Assembly: GCA_043745805.1 (NCBI GenBank)
Contig: JAYTSD010000045.1
Location: 80,505-144,504 of the forward strand
Source of the DNA: Fibrobacteria bacterium
Lineage (GTDB): Bacteria; Fibrobacterota; Fibrobacteria; UBA11236
DNA length: 64,000 bases
Direction: 5' to 3'
Below, one piece after another: positions 18,161 through 28,903 of the stretch. The translations under genes were made by a program, and so were the position numbers. Position 1 is the first letter of the stretch. Every line of letters starts with the position of its first letter. The notes under the pieces are model-generated. The model was not told the origin of the DNA. It saw only the letters and a program-made list of their open reading frames with translations, and made no database searches.

Positions 18161-19693
18161 TTGGCCAATTTAAATACGCCTAAAAATTTTGTTTACATCT
18201 TACTAGGTATTTTACTTTTAAGTGGGCTAATCAGAATCAATTATGCCTATAAAGAAGCTGTACCAACTGGAGATGAAGGGCCTTGGATGCGTTTGGCGGT
18301 TTCCTTTCCTGAAAAAAACTTTATGGTCAGCAAGGTTATTGAACATGATTTGTATTTCCAAAGAAGCCTTCCGCATCCAGAAGATAATCGTTCGCCGCTT
18401 TTCCCAATTTTACTTTCGCCAGCAAGATTTTTTTCGAATCCTTATTTCGCTGCAAAGTTACTCAATCTTGCTTTAATTTTAACCTTAACCTTTGCCCTTT
18501 GTTTTTTATTAAAAAAGTATGTGGGTGTTGCCACAACATTAAGTTTCGCATGCCTATTAGGCATAAGTCCAGTCGTGATAACGTACTCTTCCTTGGTATA
18601 TCCGGATATTTTATTTGCTTTAGGAGTGCTCTTATTTGTTTTAACCATACCTAAATTTCCAAGCTCAATCAAATCTTCTTTTGGGAGTGGTTTACTAATT
18701 GGATTATTTTTTTTATTAAAAAGTACCGCTATATTTTTACTTCCTGGGATATTGATCGCTTTTTATTTGGAGAAAGAGGAAAAGCAAATCCTGATAAAGT
18801 TTATGGCTTTTAGCGTAACGTTTATGTTATGTGCCTTACCTTTAATGATTTACAATATTCATCATTTTAACTCGCCTCTTTATCAATTTTCGGGTTACAA
18901 TTTATGGGTCGATAATGGCAATCAAATGTTCCATGTTCATGAACCACGTCCTTCCTTTAGTATGTATCATCAAACCCATAGTTTTTTCTTTATTTTTTGT
19001 GAACGTCCTGTTTTGGGGTTGATGCAATTGATTAAAAACTTTTTCAAATTCGATTTGTATTTATCGCTTTGGTTATTGCCTTTGACACTAGTGGGCTTGT
19101 ATAAGTTATTTAAACTTTTGCCAGTCAAAAATTTACGTAACTATTTTTTACTTTTTTCCTTAGCATATTTTCCCATGATGGCTTATTTGTCTTATTCCAT
19201 TTGGGTCACACGGTATATTTTAGTTTACTATTTTATCTTTTATTTATTGGCGGCATTGGGAATGGTATGCTTGACTGAAAAAATTGCTAAACCTAATTTT
19301 CGGTTAGCATTAAATTCGGTTTTACTTTGCATTGCATTTTACAGTGTCGCTTACCCCCTAGAATATTACACTTCAAGGCGTGGTAGTAAGGTACTGCAAG
19401 ATCATGACATTCGTGCGCTTATACATAGAATTGATAAAGTGGTTCCTACTAATGCGGCTGTGTTAAGTACCGAAGTAGGAATGTATAGCTTTATGCATTC
19501 TATGCAATCCGTAAATATATTCGATGAGATTGAAAATATGCAACTGTTAATGGATAATTACCCTATTCAATATGTGTTGGTTCCTGATGTAGATAAGGAA
19601 AAATTGAGCAAAACTTTCATTCAAAAAAAAGGTTGGAAATTAATTTCCCTAGATCATGAAGGTTCGTTCACCTTTTATCAGCTTGGACATTAA
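18161..19693 (+). CDS. polytopic membrane glycosyltransferase, GT39/GT83-like (ArnT/PMT-type lipid-linked sugar transferase)
   Basis: 510 aa with about 11 predicted TM helices and a short periplasmic C-terminal domain, an architecture typical of ArnT/PMT. Confidence 0.6.
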   Translation: MANLNTPKNFVYILLGILLLSGLIRINYAYKEAVPTGDEGPWMRLAVSFPEKNFMVSKVIEHDLYFQRSLPHPEDNRSPLFPILLSPARFFSNPYFAAKLLNLALILTLTFALCFLLKKYVGVATTLSFACLLGISPVVITYSSLVYPDILFALGVLLFVLTIPKFPSSIKSSFGSGLLIGLFFLLKSTAIFLLPGILIAFYLEKEEKQILIKFMAFSVTFMLCALPLMIYNIHHFNSPLYQFSGYNLWVDNGNQMFHVHEPRPSFSMYHQTHSFFFIFCERPVLGLMQLIKNFFKFDLYLSLWLLPLTLVGLYKLFKLLPVKNLRNYFLLFSLAYFPMMAYLSYSIWVTRYILVYYFIFYLLAALGMVCLTEKIAKPNFRLALNSVLLCIAFYSVAYPLEYYTSRRGSKVLQDHDIRALIHRIDKVVPTNAAVLSTEVGMYSFMHSMQSVNIFDEIENMQLLMDNYPIQYVLVPDVDKEKLSKTFIQKKGWKLISLDHEGSFTFYQLGH

Positions 19694-19694
19694 C

Positions 19695-20393
19695 GTGGGT
19701 GTTACCGTATTAAAACCCCCCATATCAGTAATCATTTGTACTAAAAATGAAGCCGGTGGAATCGCTAATTTAATTCACGAAGCCAGCAAGTTTTCTCAAG
19801 AAGTAATTGTCATTGATGGTCATTCAAGCGATGGGACCGCAGACCTGGCCAAACAAGCTGGAGCTAAGGTATGGCAGGACAATGGCAAGGGTAAAGGCGC
19901 AGCCTATAAATTAGCTATACAAAAGGCGAGCGGAGATATCCTGGTTTTCATCGATGGAGATGGTTCGCATGAAACGAAAGATATTCCCGTATTAGCCGAA
20001 CCCATATTAAATAATAAAGCGGATTTGGTTATAGCTTCACGGCATAAGGGCGGGAGCGATGAATGGCGTGGAGATCTAAATACTTATGTGCGTCATTTAG
20101 GTAATGGCATTTTATCCATTAGTATGAATTATCGATGGAAGGCTAATTTAACCGATGTGTTGAATGGTTACCGTGCCTTGCGAAAAGACATTGCCCTCAA
20201 AATCCCTTTACGGCCCGATGGATTTGATATTGAGCAACATATGATAGCCCAATTTTTAAAATATGGTTTTCGCGTAGTAGAGGTGCCTAGTCATGAGTAT
20301 TGTCGCGCTTGGGGCGAATCTAAATTACCTACTTATCAAAAAGCCTATTTATTTTTTTGGAGATTGTTCTTGGATTTGATCACCCATAAGTAA
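19695..20393 (+). CDS. GT2 glycosyltransferase (polyprenyl-phosphate sugar synthase, DPM/ArnC-like)
   Basis: VIICTKNEAGGI...VIVIDGHSSDGT...FIDGDGS are GT2 DXD-type motifs. The start was placed at the GTG immediately after the upstream stop; the ORF-track start at 19656 overlaps the upstream gene. Confidence 0.7.
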   Translation: MGVTVLKPPISVIICTKNEAGGIANLIHEASKFSQEVIVIDGHSSDGTADLAKQAGAKVWQDNGKGKGAAYKLAIQKASGDILVFIDGDGSHETKDIPVLAEPILNNKADLVIASRHKGGSDEWRGDLNTYVRHLGNGILSISMNYRWKANLTDVLNGYRALRKDIALKIPLRPDGFDIEQHMIAQFLKYGFRVVEVPSHEYCRAWGESKLPTYQKAYLFFWRLFLDLITHK

Positions 20394-21425
20394 TTCGCGC
20401 TGTGATTTAGAATGACGCTTAAAATATTTTTTGGGAATGGTATGTCCCTTACGTAATTCTTTTTGATCTTCTATGGGTAAAGTGGCAATCCCTTTACATT
20501 CTTCTGAACAACAACCTTGCATTTTTTCATGACAGGTTGGGCACTGAATGAACAATAAATTGCAAGCCTTATTTTTACAATTATGATGTGTGTCGCAAGG
20601 TAATTCACATTGATGGCAATTGGCAACAATGTCGTTGGAAATACGTTCAGACATGCGAAAATCGAAAACAAAATTTTTACCTTTAAATTTATTTTCTAAT
20701 CCTTCGGCTTTGACTTGCCGTAAATATTCAATAATACCACCCTCCAGCTGATACACATGGGGGTAACCTTTATGTTTAAAATAGGCGCTGGCTTTTTCGC
20801 AACGAATACCGCCGGTGCAATACATCACCAAATTTTTATCATCGGTTTTGCCTTTTAAATCGGCATCAATGATATCTAAGGATTCTCGGAACGTATCCAC
20901 ATCGGGTTTTAAGGCACTTTGAAAATGTCCGATTTCACTTTCATAATGATTACGCATATCAACTAATATGGTATCCGGTTTATCGATTATGGCATTAAAG
21001 TCACGTGCCTTTAAATGCATGCCAATTTGAGTGGCATCGAAAGTGGGATCGTCAATACCATCCGCTACAATTTTAGGACGAACTTTTATTTTAAGTTTCA
21101 AAAAAGATTTATTGTCATGCTCAATAGCCACATTCAAACGATTTCCTTTTAAAAAGGGAATACTATCTAAATGTTCTTTAAAGGCTTTGAAATTATCGGC
21201 AGGTAATGAGAGTTGCGCATTAATGCCTTCGGTAGCCACATAGATGCGACCTAATACATCTAGCTTTTCCCAAACTTGATATAAATCATCGCGGAAAACT
21301 AGAGGGTCAGAGAGATTATGATACTTATAAAAAGAAATGGTAATGCGATCTTTGCCCGCAGCATCAATTAACTTTTCGCGTTCGCTGGCGCTAAGATTAT
21401 TATACTGCATCATAATGGGGAGCAA
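20349..21425 (-). CDS. trhO: rhodanese-domain tRNA uridine(34) hydroxylase TrhO (YceA/UPF0176)
   Basis: ISFYKYHNL...VATEGINAQLS N-terminal domain, a rhodanese domain with the active Cys (MYCTGGIRCE) and a Cys-rich C-terminal tail. Confidence 0.8.
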   Translation of the reverse strand: MLPIMMQYNNLSASEREKLIDAAGKDRITISFYKYHNLSDPLVFRDDLYQVWEKLDVLGRIYVATEGINAQLSLPADNFKAFKEHLDSIPFLKGNRLNVAIEHDNKSFLKLKIKVRPKIVADGIDDPTFDATQIGMHLKARDFNAIIDKPDTILVDMRNHYESEIGHFQSALKPDVDTFRESLDIIDADLKGKTDDKNLVMYCTGGIRCEKASAYFKHKGYPHVYQLEGGIIEYLRQVKAEGLENKFKGKNFVFDFRMSERISNDIVANCHQCELPCDTHHNCKNKACNLLFIQCPTCHEKMQGCCSEECKGIATLPIEDQKELRKGHTIPKKYFKRHSKSQRELLMGDQIQEQSPKK

Positions 21426-21475
21426 AGTTAAAAATTAATAAGCAAAATAAAACCCTAGATCATGCCCTGAAAACG

Positions 21476-21976
21476 CTAACCTACTACGGTAATTTGGGTT
21501 TTTGCTTGACTATTAAATCTATCAATCACTTGTACCAAAATTCTAAAATTTTCTTTTAGTTGAGAAGGCATTTTCTCTTTATTAATCAGCAAAATTATTT
21601 GATCCTTATCGCAAAATTCGTTTAAAGCCTTTTCAAGTTCGGGCCATTCAAATTCAGCATAGGTGGGGAAATTTATTTGATCGGATAAAGAGCGGAATAG
21701 GCCATCTTTATTTAGGATACGACGAAAATCTAATTTTACTAAATTAGCATCCGACTTACTATTTAAAGACTCGTCAATTTTACTTTGATAATCTTTTTCA
21801 TAACGTAAATCGGAAGCATTTTCTAGCACGGCCTCTAATTCTACTATGGCTTTTAATTCTCCCGCATGACTAATTAAGTTTAGGCCGCGGCTTTGAATTT
21901 TACCCAATAGATCCAACAATATGCAGATATTTTCATCCGATAAGGTTATTTCTTTTTGCAAAATATTTTCTGACAA
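21476..21976 (-). CDS. hypothetical protein
   Basis: 166-aa ORF between the trhO and aqpZ genes with no recognisable family. Confidence 0.4.
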   Translation of the reverse strand: MSENILQKEITLSDENICILLDLLGKIQSRGLNLISHAGELKAIVELEAVLENASDLRYEKDYQSKIDESLNSKSDANLVKLDFRRILNKDGLFRSLSDQINFPTYAEFEWPELEKALNEFCDKDQIILLINKEKMPSQLKENFRILVQVIDRFNSQAKTQITVVG

Positions 21977-22020
21977 ATTAATTCCTCAAAGAAATAATTG
22001 TGGGGGAGTGTGAATTTAAT

Positions 22021-22722
22021 TTAAGCCGATTTATCGTTTTCAAAAAAACGATAAACGATACCCGCCACCGCTGCACCCATTATAGGAGCAACCCAGAATA
22101 ACCAAAGTTGTTGCAAAGCCCAACCGCCTACAAAAACAGCTGGACCAGTGCTGCGAGCAGGGTTAACGGAAGTATTGGTTACGGGTATACTGATTAAATG
22201 AATCAAGGTAAGCCCTAGGCCAATAGCAATAGGGGCTAGGCCTTTTGGGGCACGGACATCAGTTGCGCCTAAAATGATAATGAGAAACATAAAGGTCATA
22301 ACTAATTCTGTGACTAGTCCCGAAGCAAGGTTGTAGCCTCCAGGTGAATGTTCGCCATAACCATTGGACGCAAGGCCTGCGCTCAAATCAAAACCGGCTT
22401 TGCCCGAGGCAATGAAGTATAAAGTTCCTGCTGCTGCAATGGCACCCAATACTTGGGCAATAATATAAGGCAATAAGTCAGCAGCTTTAAAGCGACCCGC
22501 AACTGTTAATCCTACAGAAACAGCGGGATTTAAATGACATCCAGAAATATGCCCAATGGCAAATGCCATGGTTAAAACTGTGAGACCAAATGCCAGCGAA
22601 ACTCCTAGCAGACCTATTCCCACACCAGGAAATGCGGCGGAGAGTACAGCGCTTCCGCAGCCGCCTAAAACTAGCCAATAGGTTCCAATAAATTCTGCTA
22701 AGCTGCGTTTAAATAAGGACAT
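22021..22722 (-). CDS. aqpZ: aquaporin Z (MIP family water channel)
   Basis: Two NPA boxes (HLNPAVS and NPARS), six TM segments and a length of 233 aa. Confidence 0.85.
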   Translation of the reverse strand: MSLFKRSLAEFIGTYWLVLGGCGSAVLSAAFPGVGIGLLGVSLAFGLTVLTMAFAIGHISGCHLNPAVSVGLTVAGRFKAADLLPYIIAQVLGAIAAAGTLYFIASGKAGFDLSAGLASNGYGEHSPGGYNLASGLVTELVMTFMFLIIILGATDVRAPKGLAPIAIGLGLTLIHLISIPVTNTSVNPARSTGPAVFVGGWALQQLWLFWVAPIMGAAVAGIVYRFFENDKSA

Positions 22723-22914
22723 TGAGGCTCCTAAGTTTTAGTGTGATAAAATGTTGAGTGGAAGTAAACTTAATTTAAAGACTCACAAAACTAAAAAAGC
22801 GTGGCGAATAACCAAGTAGAAGACAAGAATTAGCTCCATTAAACTCCCGATAATTTATGCAGAGTGCAAATAAATGAATTAATTTTCCCCGATGAATTTT
22901 AGTGAGTATCGACA

Positions 22915-23949
22915 ATGATTCCCCAAGTAAAGTCTACAACCCAATTGGATGCTAATAAACACATTGGCGATATTTTAAATTTGGCCATAGAGTATACGCC
23001 TTCCCATCTGGCTTTAATTATTTACGACACACAATGTGAACTCACAAAAATGATTGCCGAAGCTTATCGCTATTGCCTGCCGAATGCAAAATTTATCCAT
23101 TTCGATTCCATTGAACAGTCCATGATCATGGCCGAATTTAAAATGCTGAAGCCCTTGGATTTAGTTGTGCTTATTCAATCCACAAGTTTTCGTTTAGATG
23201 CTTTTCGTATTCGGGTAGAATTATTTCGACTCAAAATTAAAGTGATAGAACATCCGCATCTCGCGCGAATGTTGGGTATAGAGGCCGATTGGTATATTGA
23301 TTCACTTGCTTATGACGCCCAATATTATCGTGGCATTGGCCATGCACTTAAAAAAAGAATTGACGGCGCAAATAGGGCGGTCATTGATAGTGGAGGAGAG
23401 CATTTAGTTTATGCCTCTGCATTTGAGTCGGCAAAGCTCAATATAGGTGATTTTACGGGAATGGCTAATATCGGTAGTCAATTTCCCATTGGCGAAGTAT
23501 TCACCGAAACCAAAAACTTTAATGCGGTAAATGGACGGGTGCGAATTTTTGCTTTTGCGGATAGTAACTTTCGCGTTAACAAACCTGAAAAACCTATTAC
23601 GCTTGTAATAGAACAGAGTAAAGTGGTCGAGGTTATTGATTCAATTGAAGAACTGGATATAGTAATAGATAAAATTCGTGCGGATGAGGATGAGGTGTGG
23701 GTGCGTGAGTTAGGTTTTGGAATGAATCGAACCTTTACTCCCGAAAAAATTGTGAGCGACATTGGAACTTATGAACGCATGTGTGGCATTCATCTTTCCC
23801 TTGGGGCCAAGCATGCTATTTATGCTAAACCTCTTTTCAATCGGAAAACGAGTAAGCATCATGTCGATGTATTTGCGGTTACCAAATCGGTTTACCTTGA
23901 TGAAGAAAATGTTTTTCGCAATGGGGCTTGGGTTTTAGAAAAGGATTAA
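22915..23949 (+). CDS. hypothetical protein (possibly aminopeptidase-like)
   Basis: 344-aa ORF with weak resemblance to M29-type aminopeptidases that I could not confirm. Confidence 0.45.
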   Translation: MIPQVKSTTQLDANKHIGDILNLAIEYTPSHLALIIYDTQCELTKMIAEAYRYCLPNAKFIHFDSIEQSMIMAEFKMLKPLDLVVLIQSTSFRLDAFRIRVELFRLKIKVIEHPHLARMLGIEADWYIDSLAYDAQYYRGIGHALKKRIDGANRAVIDSGGEHLVYASAFESAKLNIGDFTGMANIGSQFPIGEVFTETKNFNAVNGRVRIFAFADSNFRVNKPEKPITLVIEQSKVVEVIDSIEELDIVIDKIRADEDEVWVRELGFGMNRTFTPEKIVSDIGTYERMCGIHLSLGAKHAIYAKPLFNRKTSKHHVDVFAVTKSVYLDEENVFRNGAWVLEKD

Positions 23950-23961
23950 GTCCCTAAGGTT

Positions 23962-24372
23962 TTAGGTTACTTTATGCGGGCGAGCACGTAAGGCACTCCA
24001 GGTTACGTCAATTTCGATTTGGGTAACCGGTCTAATACCGATTTTTAATAGCGCTTCACCGACTCTATCTCTTTTTAAATCACTTTTAATTTGACCCGTC
24101 ATTTTAGGATAGCAAGCCCAAAATAAACAATCGAATTTTCCGGCAGTTTTCACATCGGCCAATAGACTATCTAATTCCACTAATTGGCTGGCAAAAATTT
24201 GTATAAAATCATAGCGCCCATTTTTTTCACTATTAATTTTGGTGTCAAAATCAAAATCTGTGAGAATATCTAAAAACTCTTTTGGAGCATTGACGATCAA
24301 CACATTCTCTTTGCCGATAACTTTTAATTTTTTAAGTACATACTCGGAATCAATATTGACTTTGTGTTCCAT
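23962..24372 (-). CDS. hypothetical protein
   Basis: 136-aa ORF, tightly spaced with the downstream lipoprotein gene. Confidence 0.4.
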   Translation of the reverse strand: MEHKVNIDSEYVLKKLKVIGKENVLIVNAPKEFLDILTDFDFDTKINSEKNGRYDFIQIFASQLVELDSLLADVKTAGKFDCLFWACYPKMTGQIKSDLKRDRVGEALLKIGIRPVTQIEIDVTWSALRARPHKVT

Positions 24373-24375
24373 GCT

Positions 24376-25389
24376 TTATTTTGTTCCCATTTTCATTATT
24401 TCTCCAAATACTTCTTTAAGTATACCAGAGATATCTGAAGCAATGTTTTTGATATAACCGAAAGGGTCGCGACGAATATCTTTTTCTTCTTCGCCCACTA
24501 AATAAAAGAGCCCGCCTAATGCTTTATCCGTAGTCCAAGTTCCTAGACTTTCGGTGACTATGGGATTATAATTTATTTGTTTCAAGGCGGTTAATTTTAG
24601 TACCGGAGCATTGATGACCAAAGTATTTGTATTCCAAGAATTTTGAAAGCCAAGCAATTCATTGTATTTGCTTAAGGCGGAATTGTAGGTTGTTCTAAAG
24701 TTACTCCAATATTTAGTCAATGGCACCAAGCGTAAAGTGGAATCAACAAGAGGTGTATAGGCATTTATTAATGGATTAAAAGTTTTACCATTCAAATAAG
24801 CTGTAGCTGCCGTGCTGTCTGAGCTATTTAATAATGTGAGGCCATCGGTAATGGACATACCAGTAATGGCACTTTTAAAAATGGGCACTGACCGAGGTGC
24901 AGCATATTCCGCTGCGCGATTCATATACTTAATCAACGAGTCACTAATAGAGCTGAGTCCTGCGAGGTCAGTTAATAAAGTGTTGGAGCTATTCAGATTA
25001 CTTTGCAAAGAGTTTTTATCCGAGGTCCCCAAAGTAAGATTCGCAACGGTCTGCACGGTAGTTAATTGTGAGGCAAAGGGCTTGAGCATATTTCCGACTT
25101 CTTCTGCCGCAGCTAAAGCCTGCTTCGCCTCTTCGGGAAGTAATATTTTTATTACTTTACTTGCTAAATAGCCATTGGCTTTTCCTGCAATATTTGCGCT
25201 AGAATCGATACCCACCTTTAAGGCCGTTCTTAAACCTAAAACTACTTTTTGATCCAAGGTTAAACTAGAATCCGTTCTCATACCTTTTGAGGCGGTGACG
25301 AAATCTTCCAAGGTGCATGATTCCAAAAATAAAAGGCTGCTCAAGAGGCCACCGATGATAATAAAACTGGAAAGAAATTTTTTGAACAT
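24376..25389 (-). CDS. hypothetical lipoprotein
   Basis: Signal peptide with Cys (FLESC), followed by a Ser/Thr/Asn/Leu-rich polypeptide predicted to be helical. Confidence 0.45.
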   Translation of the reverse strand: MFKKFLSSFIIIGGLLSSLLFLESCTLEDFVTASKGMRTDSSLTLDQKVVLGLRTALKVGIDSSANIAGKANGYLASKVIKILLPEEAKQALAAAEEVGNMLKPFASQLTTVQTVANLTLGTSDKNSLQSNLNSSNTLLTDLAGLSSISDSLIKYMNRAAEYAAPRSVPIFKSAITGMSITDGLTLLNSSDSTAATAYLNGKTFNPLINAYTPLVDSTLRLVPLTKYWSNFRTTYNSALSKYNELLGFQNSWNTNTLVINAPVLKLTALKQINYNPIVTESLGTWTTDKALGGLFYLVGEEEKDIRRDPFGYIKNIASDISGILKEVFGEIMKMGTK

Positions 25390-25595
25390 AAAACTCCAAA
25401 TCTAAATACTCGATAAGAATCACTTAAAAATACCTTATTTATGCACTAAAAGCCGGAGTTTTTAGTGCGGATTCAATTTGTATAGTGCTAAATTGATGGC
25501 TTCCATAACTCTTTTTAATTTACCAAAAGGTTAATTAGCCAAATAGTTTATTAGAAAACTTTATATAGATGTTTTAAGCAAAGGTTTTGTAAAGC

Positions 25596-27068
25596 ATGTC
25601 TCTTCCCATCAATGAAAATAGTTCTCCACAAAATATTCCATTTACTTCTTTGCAATGGATGATCTTGACTTTATTATGCAGCGCGGTTTGCATGGTGGTA
25701 TTGGATTTTTCCATTGTGAATGTCGCGGTCCCCTCTATTCAAACCGCTTTGGGATTTGCTCCCGAAAAAGTACAATGGCTGTTTACTGGATATGGTTTGG
25801 TGTATGGAGGTTTTCTTTTATTAGGGGGAAAACTTTCGGATTTATGGGGCCGCAAACGGATTTTTCTTTTAGGCATAGCCCTTTTTACTTCCGCTTCTTT
25901 TTTAGGTGGCTTTGCTTTTAGCCCAACTTCCTTAATCGCCATGCGTTGTATGCAAGGCTTGGGTGCGGCACTTTTATCTCCAGCTGCTTTGGCCTTATTA
26001 ATGGGAGCTTTTCCTGAAGGCTCATTACGCAATCGTGCCTTAGGGATTTGGGGAACCGTCGCTGCAGCAGGATATTCTATTGGAGTGTTATTGGGCGGCA
26101 TATTAACTGCGTATTTAGGTTGGCGTTGGATATTTTTTGTGAATGTTCCCTTAGGCATTATGCTTTCGATATTTGCTTTTCGTTTGGTGAAAGACAATTT
26201 TAAACCGCAGGAAAAAGTAAAACTAGATTTAGCCGGTAGCTTTCTCGTTACCTCCGGTTTAATGCTTTTAGTTTATGCTTTGGTGCAAGCGCCTATGGCA
26301 GGATGGGGTTCTTGGGCCACTTGGCGGCTTTTTGCTCTTGTATTCTTGCTTTTAGGGGGATTCCTTATTGTAGAAATGCGTGCGGAACAACCCCTTATGC
26401 CATTACGCATTTTTTTGTTACCTAGTATTGCCATAGCTAATTTGATTATAACCTTCATGAGCGCGGCAATGGTGGCCATGAATTTAGTGCTTACTTTATA
26501 TTTTCAGCAAATATTACACTACTCGCCTTTATATACTGGATTAGCTTTTTTACCGCATGGCATTATGGCTAGCTATGCAGGGCCTTGGGGTGGGAGATTG
26601 GCCAATCGTATCGGCGCGAAGGCCGTATTATTGCTCGGGTCTTTATTAGGTTTAATTAGTCTGAGTTTATTAGCCTTTATTACCACCCATAATACATATT
26701 GGTTTCATGTGCTTCCCGCCACTTTATTATTATCCTGTGGCATGATGCCAGCCTTCGTAACCTTGATGATACTGGCTACTTCAGGTATAAAAGAGGAAGA
26801 TCATGGCTTAGTTTCTGGTATTCTAAATACCACCGGCCAATTGGGTGGGGCTTTGGGTCTAGCTGTTTTAGTGGCGGTTGCCGCTGGACGAACGGCACAA
26901 ATGCGAGTAACGGGAATAGTCACCGAGGCGGAAGCATTAATCTCTGGTTATCGCATGGCATTAGGAACGGGTGCGACTTTGATAGCCATTGCTTTTATTA
27001 TTGGATGGTTGGGCTTGGGTGGAAGAGCACCTAAAGAAAAAAAAACTGTCCAAAAGAGCAACAAATAA
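25596..27068 (+). CDS. MFS transporter, DHA2 (14-TMS drug:H+ antiporter, EmrB/QacA-like)
   Basis: 14 predicted TM segments. The motifs VNVAVPSIQ..., GKLSDLWGRKR and LGGALG are typical of DHA2. Confidence 0.8.
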   Translation: MSLPINENSSPQNIPFTSLQWMILTLLCSAVCMVVLDFSIVNVAVPSIQTALGFAPEKVQWLFTGYGLVYGGFLLLGGKLSDLWGRKRIFLLGIALFTSASFLGGFAFSPTSLIAMRCMQGLGAALLSPAALALLMGAFPEGSLRNRALGIWGTVAAAGYSIGVLLGGILTAYLGWRWIFFVNVPLGIMLSIFAFRLVKDNFKPQEKVKLDLAGSFLVTSGLMLLVYALVQAPMAGWGSWATWRLFALVFLLLGGFLIVEMRAEQPLMPLRIFLLPSIAIANLIITFMSAAMVAMNLVLTLYFQQILHYSPLYTGLAFLPHGIMASYAGPWGGRLANRIGAKAVLLLGSLLGLISLSLLAFITTHNTYWFHVLPATLLLSCGMMPAFVTLMILATSGIKEEDHGLVSGILNTTGQLGGALGLAVLVAVAAGRTAQMRVTGIVTEAEALISGYRMALGTGATLIAIAFIIGWLGLGGRAPKEKKTVQKSNK

Positions 27069-27180
27069 CAGTAATACCGATGTTTCTACAGTGGATCGTG
27101 AAATGGGAGATCTCGAAGAACTTGTGGCTACGCGCAGTTAATAATTAATATTTAAAGTAAACCTCAAAAGGGAAATCACC

Positions 27181-27714
27181 ATGATACTAAAAATCCTTAT
27201 CGTTCTTGTAGGTTTAATTAGCGTATTTTTTATTATCGCGTCATTTCAATCCGAAGAATTTAAAATCTCTAGATCGATTACTATTTCTACTACTCCAGAC
27301 AAAGTTTTTGCCCAAGTAAATAATTTGCATTTAATGCAAAATTGGAATCCTTGGAACAAATTAGATCCCAATTTAAAATTGACATATGAAGGACCGGACT
27401 CTGGAGTCGGTGCAGCATGCAGTTGGGTAGGGAATAGTAAGGCAGGCGCAGGCAAAATGACCATTGTTAAAAGTCAGTCTTCGGAAGTTTTGGAAATGCA
27501 ATTGGATTTCTTAAAACCCATGAAGGCCACAAATGCGGCGAATTATACATTTAAAGTGGAAGGCCAAGGAACGGCCGTGACTTGGAGCATGAGTGGCAAG
27601 AAAAATCTCATGATGAAAGCTTTTCATATGGTTGTAAATATGGAAAAAATGCTAGGCCCTGATTTTGAAAAAGGCTTGGCGCAATTAAAAGCCAATACTG
27701 AAAGTGCGAAATAA
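27181..27714 (+). CDS. SRPBCC-superfamily protein (polyketide cyclase/AHSA1-like) with N-terminal TM anchor
   Basis: N-terminal hydrophobic helix followed by a START/Bet v1-like sized domain. Confidence 0.5.
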   Translation: MILKILIVLVGLISVFFIIASFQSEEFKISRSITISTTPDKVFAQVNNLHLMQNWNPWNKLDPNLKLTYEGPDSGVGAACSWVGNSKAGAGKMTIVKSQSSEVLEMQLDFLKPMKATNAANYTFKVEGQGTAVTWSMSGKKNLMMKAFHMVVNMEKMLGPDFEKGLAQLKANTESAK

Positions 27715-27765
27715 TTTTGCAACATAAAAGAAACATTTAAATCATAAACAAAAACCGAGGATAAT

Positions 27766-28188
27766 ATGAATACAGAAAAAAAATCATTCACCCGTTTCTT
27801 GCCAGCGATAGGTCGCATTTTATTGGGTTTGCCCATGACTGTTTTTGGAGCAAATCTCTTTTTAAATTTCATACCACAACCTAAAGAGGGAATGCCGGAA
27901 GCCGTTGTGGCATTTACTAAAGCGCTAATGGATTCTGGGTATATAATGCCTATGATTGGGGTAACTTTAGCGGTAACTGGTCTTTTATTATTAATCAACC
28001 GTTTCGTGCCTTTAGCCTTAGCTTTGCTCGCGCCCTTTTTAGTGAATAGCTTTCTCTTTCATGCTATTTTGGCGCGTGCTGGATTGCCAATGATTATTGT
28101 GTTTTGCGTTTTAGAAGTTTTATTGGCTTGGGCATATCGCGGTGCTTTTTGTCCCATGTTAGCCGCCAAAGTTCAAACGGGAAAATAA
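27766..28188 (+). CDS. DoxX-like small membrane protein
   Basis: 140 aa, four TM helices and an ...RILLGL...FG... start typical of DoxX. Confidence 0.45.
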   Translation: MNTEKKSFTRFLPAIGRILLGLPMTVFGANLFLNFIPQPKEGMPEAVVAFTKALMDSGYIMPMIGVTLAVTGLLLLINRFVPLALALLAPFLVNSFLFHAILARAGLPMIIVFCVLEVLLAWAYRGAFCPMLAAKVQTGK

Positions 28189-28200
28189 AATGACAATCAT

Positions 28201-28233
28201 AAAAAAAGCCTTCCTTACCGGAAGGCTTTTTTT
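28201..28233. terminator. bidirectional rho-independent terminator between convergent genes
   Basis: AAAAAAAGCCTTCC ttac CGGAAGGCTTTTTTT. Confidence 0.65.
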
Positions 28234-28252
28234 ATGTCTCATATCTAAAATT

Positions 28253-28903
28253 TTATTGCGGGTTCGGTTTTCTCCAAGTAGGAACAAGCGCTTTTTTAAT
28301 AGCATTATTTTGCACTTGCCCATTGGGAAGATAATGGTTTTCCATTTTGCCAGTAAAGGATGGATTAGAGAGTTTATCGGCCATCAATGTTGTCGCCACT
28401 TCGTTAGTTGCATAAACTTCAAATTGGAATATAGAGTAACCATAAGTCGTTATTCTATGTATTCCTCGCATGCGCACAAATTGTGCCGGTGCGGCGGTAA
28501 ATTTCAATTCATTTATGGAGGCTTGTGCAGTGTCCATAATATGCGCGACATTGACCCATCCAGAATCATTATCACGGGCGGTATCCGAAACTTGAATATA
28601 AAATTCAGAAGCGGTAGCATTTTCCCATGTAATTTTAACCGAATCTACAGCATGTTTTTGACCTAGGTCTACGTAGATCCAAGCCGAGTCTCTACTCAGA
28701 GAATCCGCTACCCAATCACTACCCCAACGTGTTCCTATATCACTATCAAAAGCCATACTGGCAGGTAAATTTCCTTCAGAACTATTGGCTTTGGCGGTTT
28801 TGTCTAAGGCTAAATTAGTACTGGTATCCGCAAAAGTGGACAAGACTAAATGCAGAAGGATTAAAATGATAATTGGGCTTTTATTTCGTAAAGATTTTTG
28901 CAT
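28253..28903 (-). CDS. secreted discoidin-domain (F5/8 type C, CBM32-like) protein
   Basis: Signal peptide, then NLALDKTAKANSSEG...ASMAFDSDIGTRWGS, which matches the discoidin/CBM32 signature. Confidence 0.6.
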   Translation of the reverse strand: MQKSLRNKSPIIILILLHLVLSTFADTSTNLALDKTAKANSSEGNLPASMAFDSDIGTRWGSDWVADSLSRDSAWIYVDLGQKHAVDSVKITWENATASEFYIQVSDTARDNDSGWVNVAHIMDTAQASINELKFTAAPAQFVRMRGIHRITTYGYSIFQFEVYATNEVATTLMADKLSNPSFTGKMENHYLPNGQVQNNAIKKALVPTWRKPNPQ

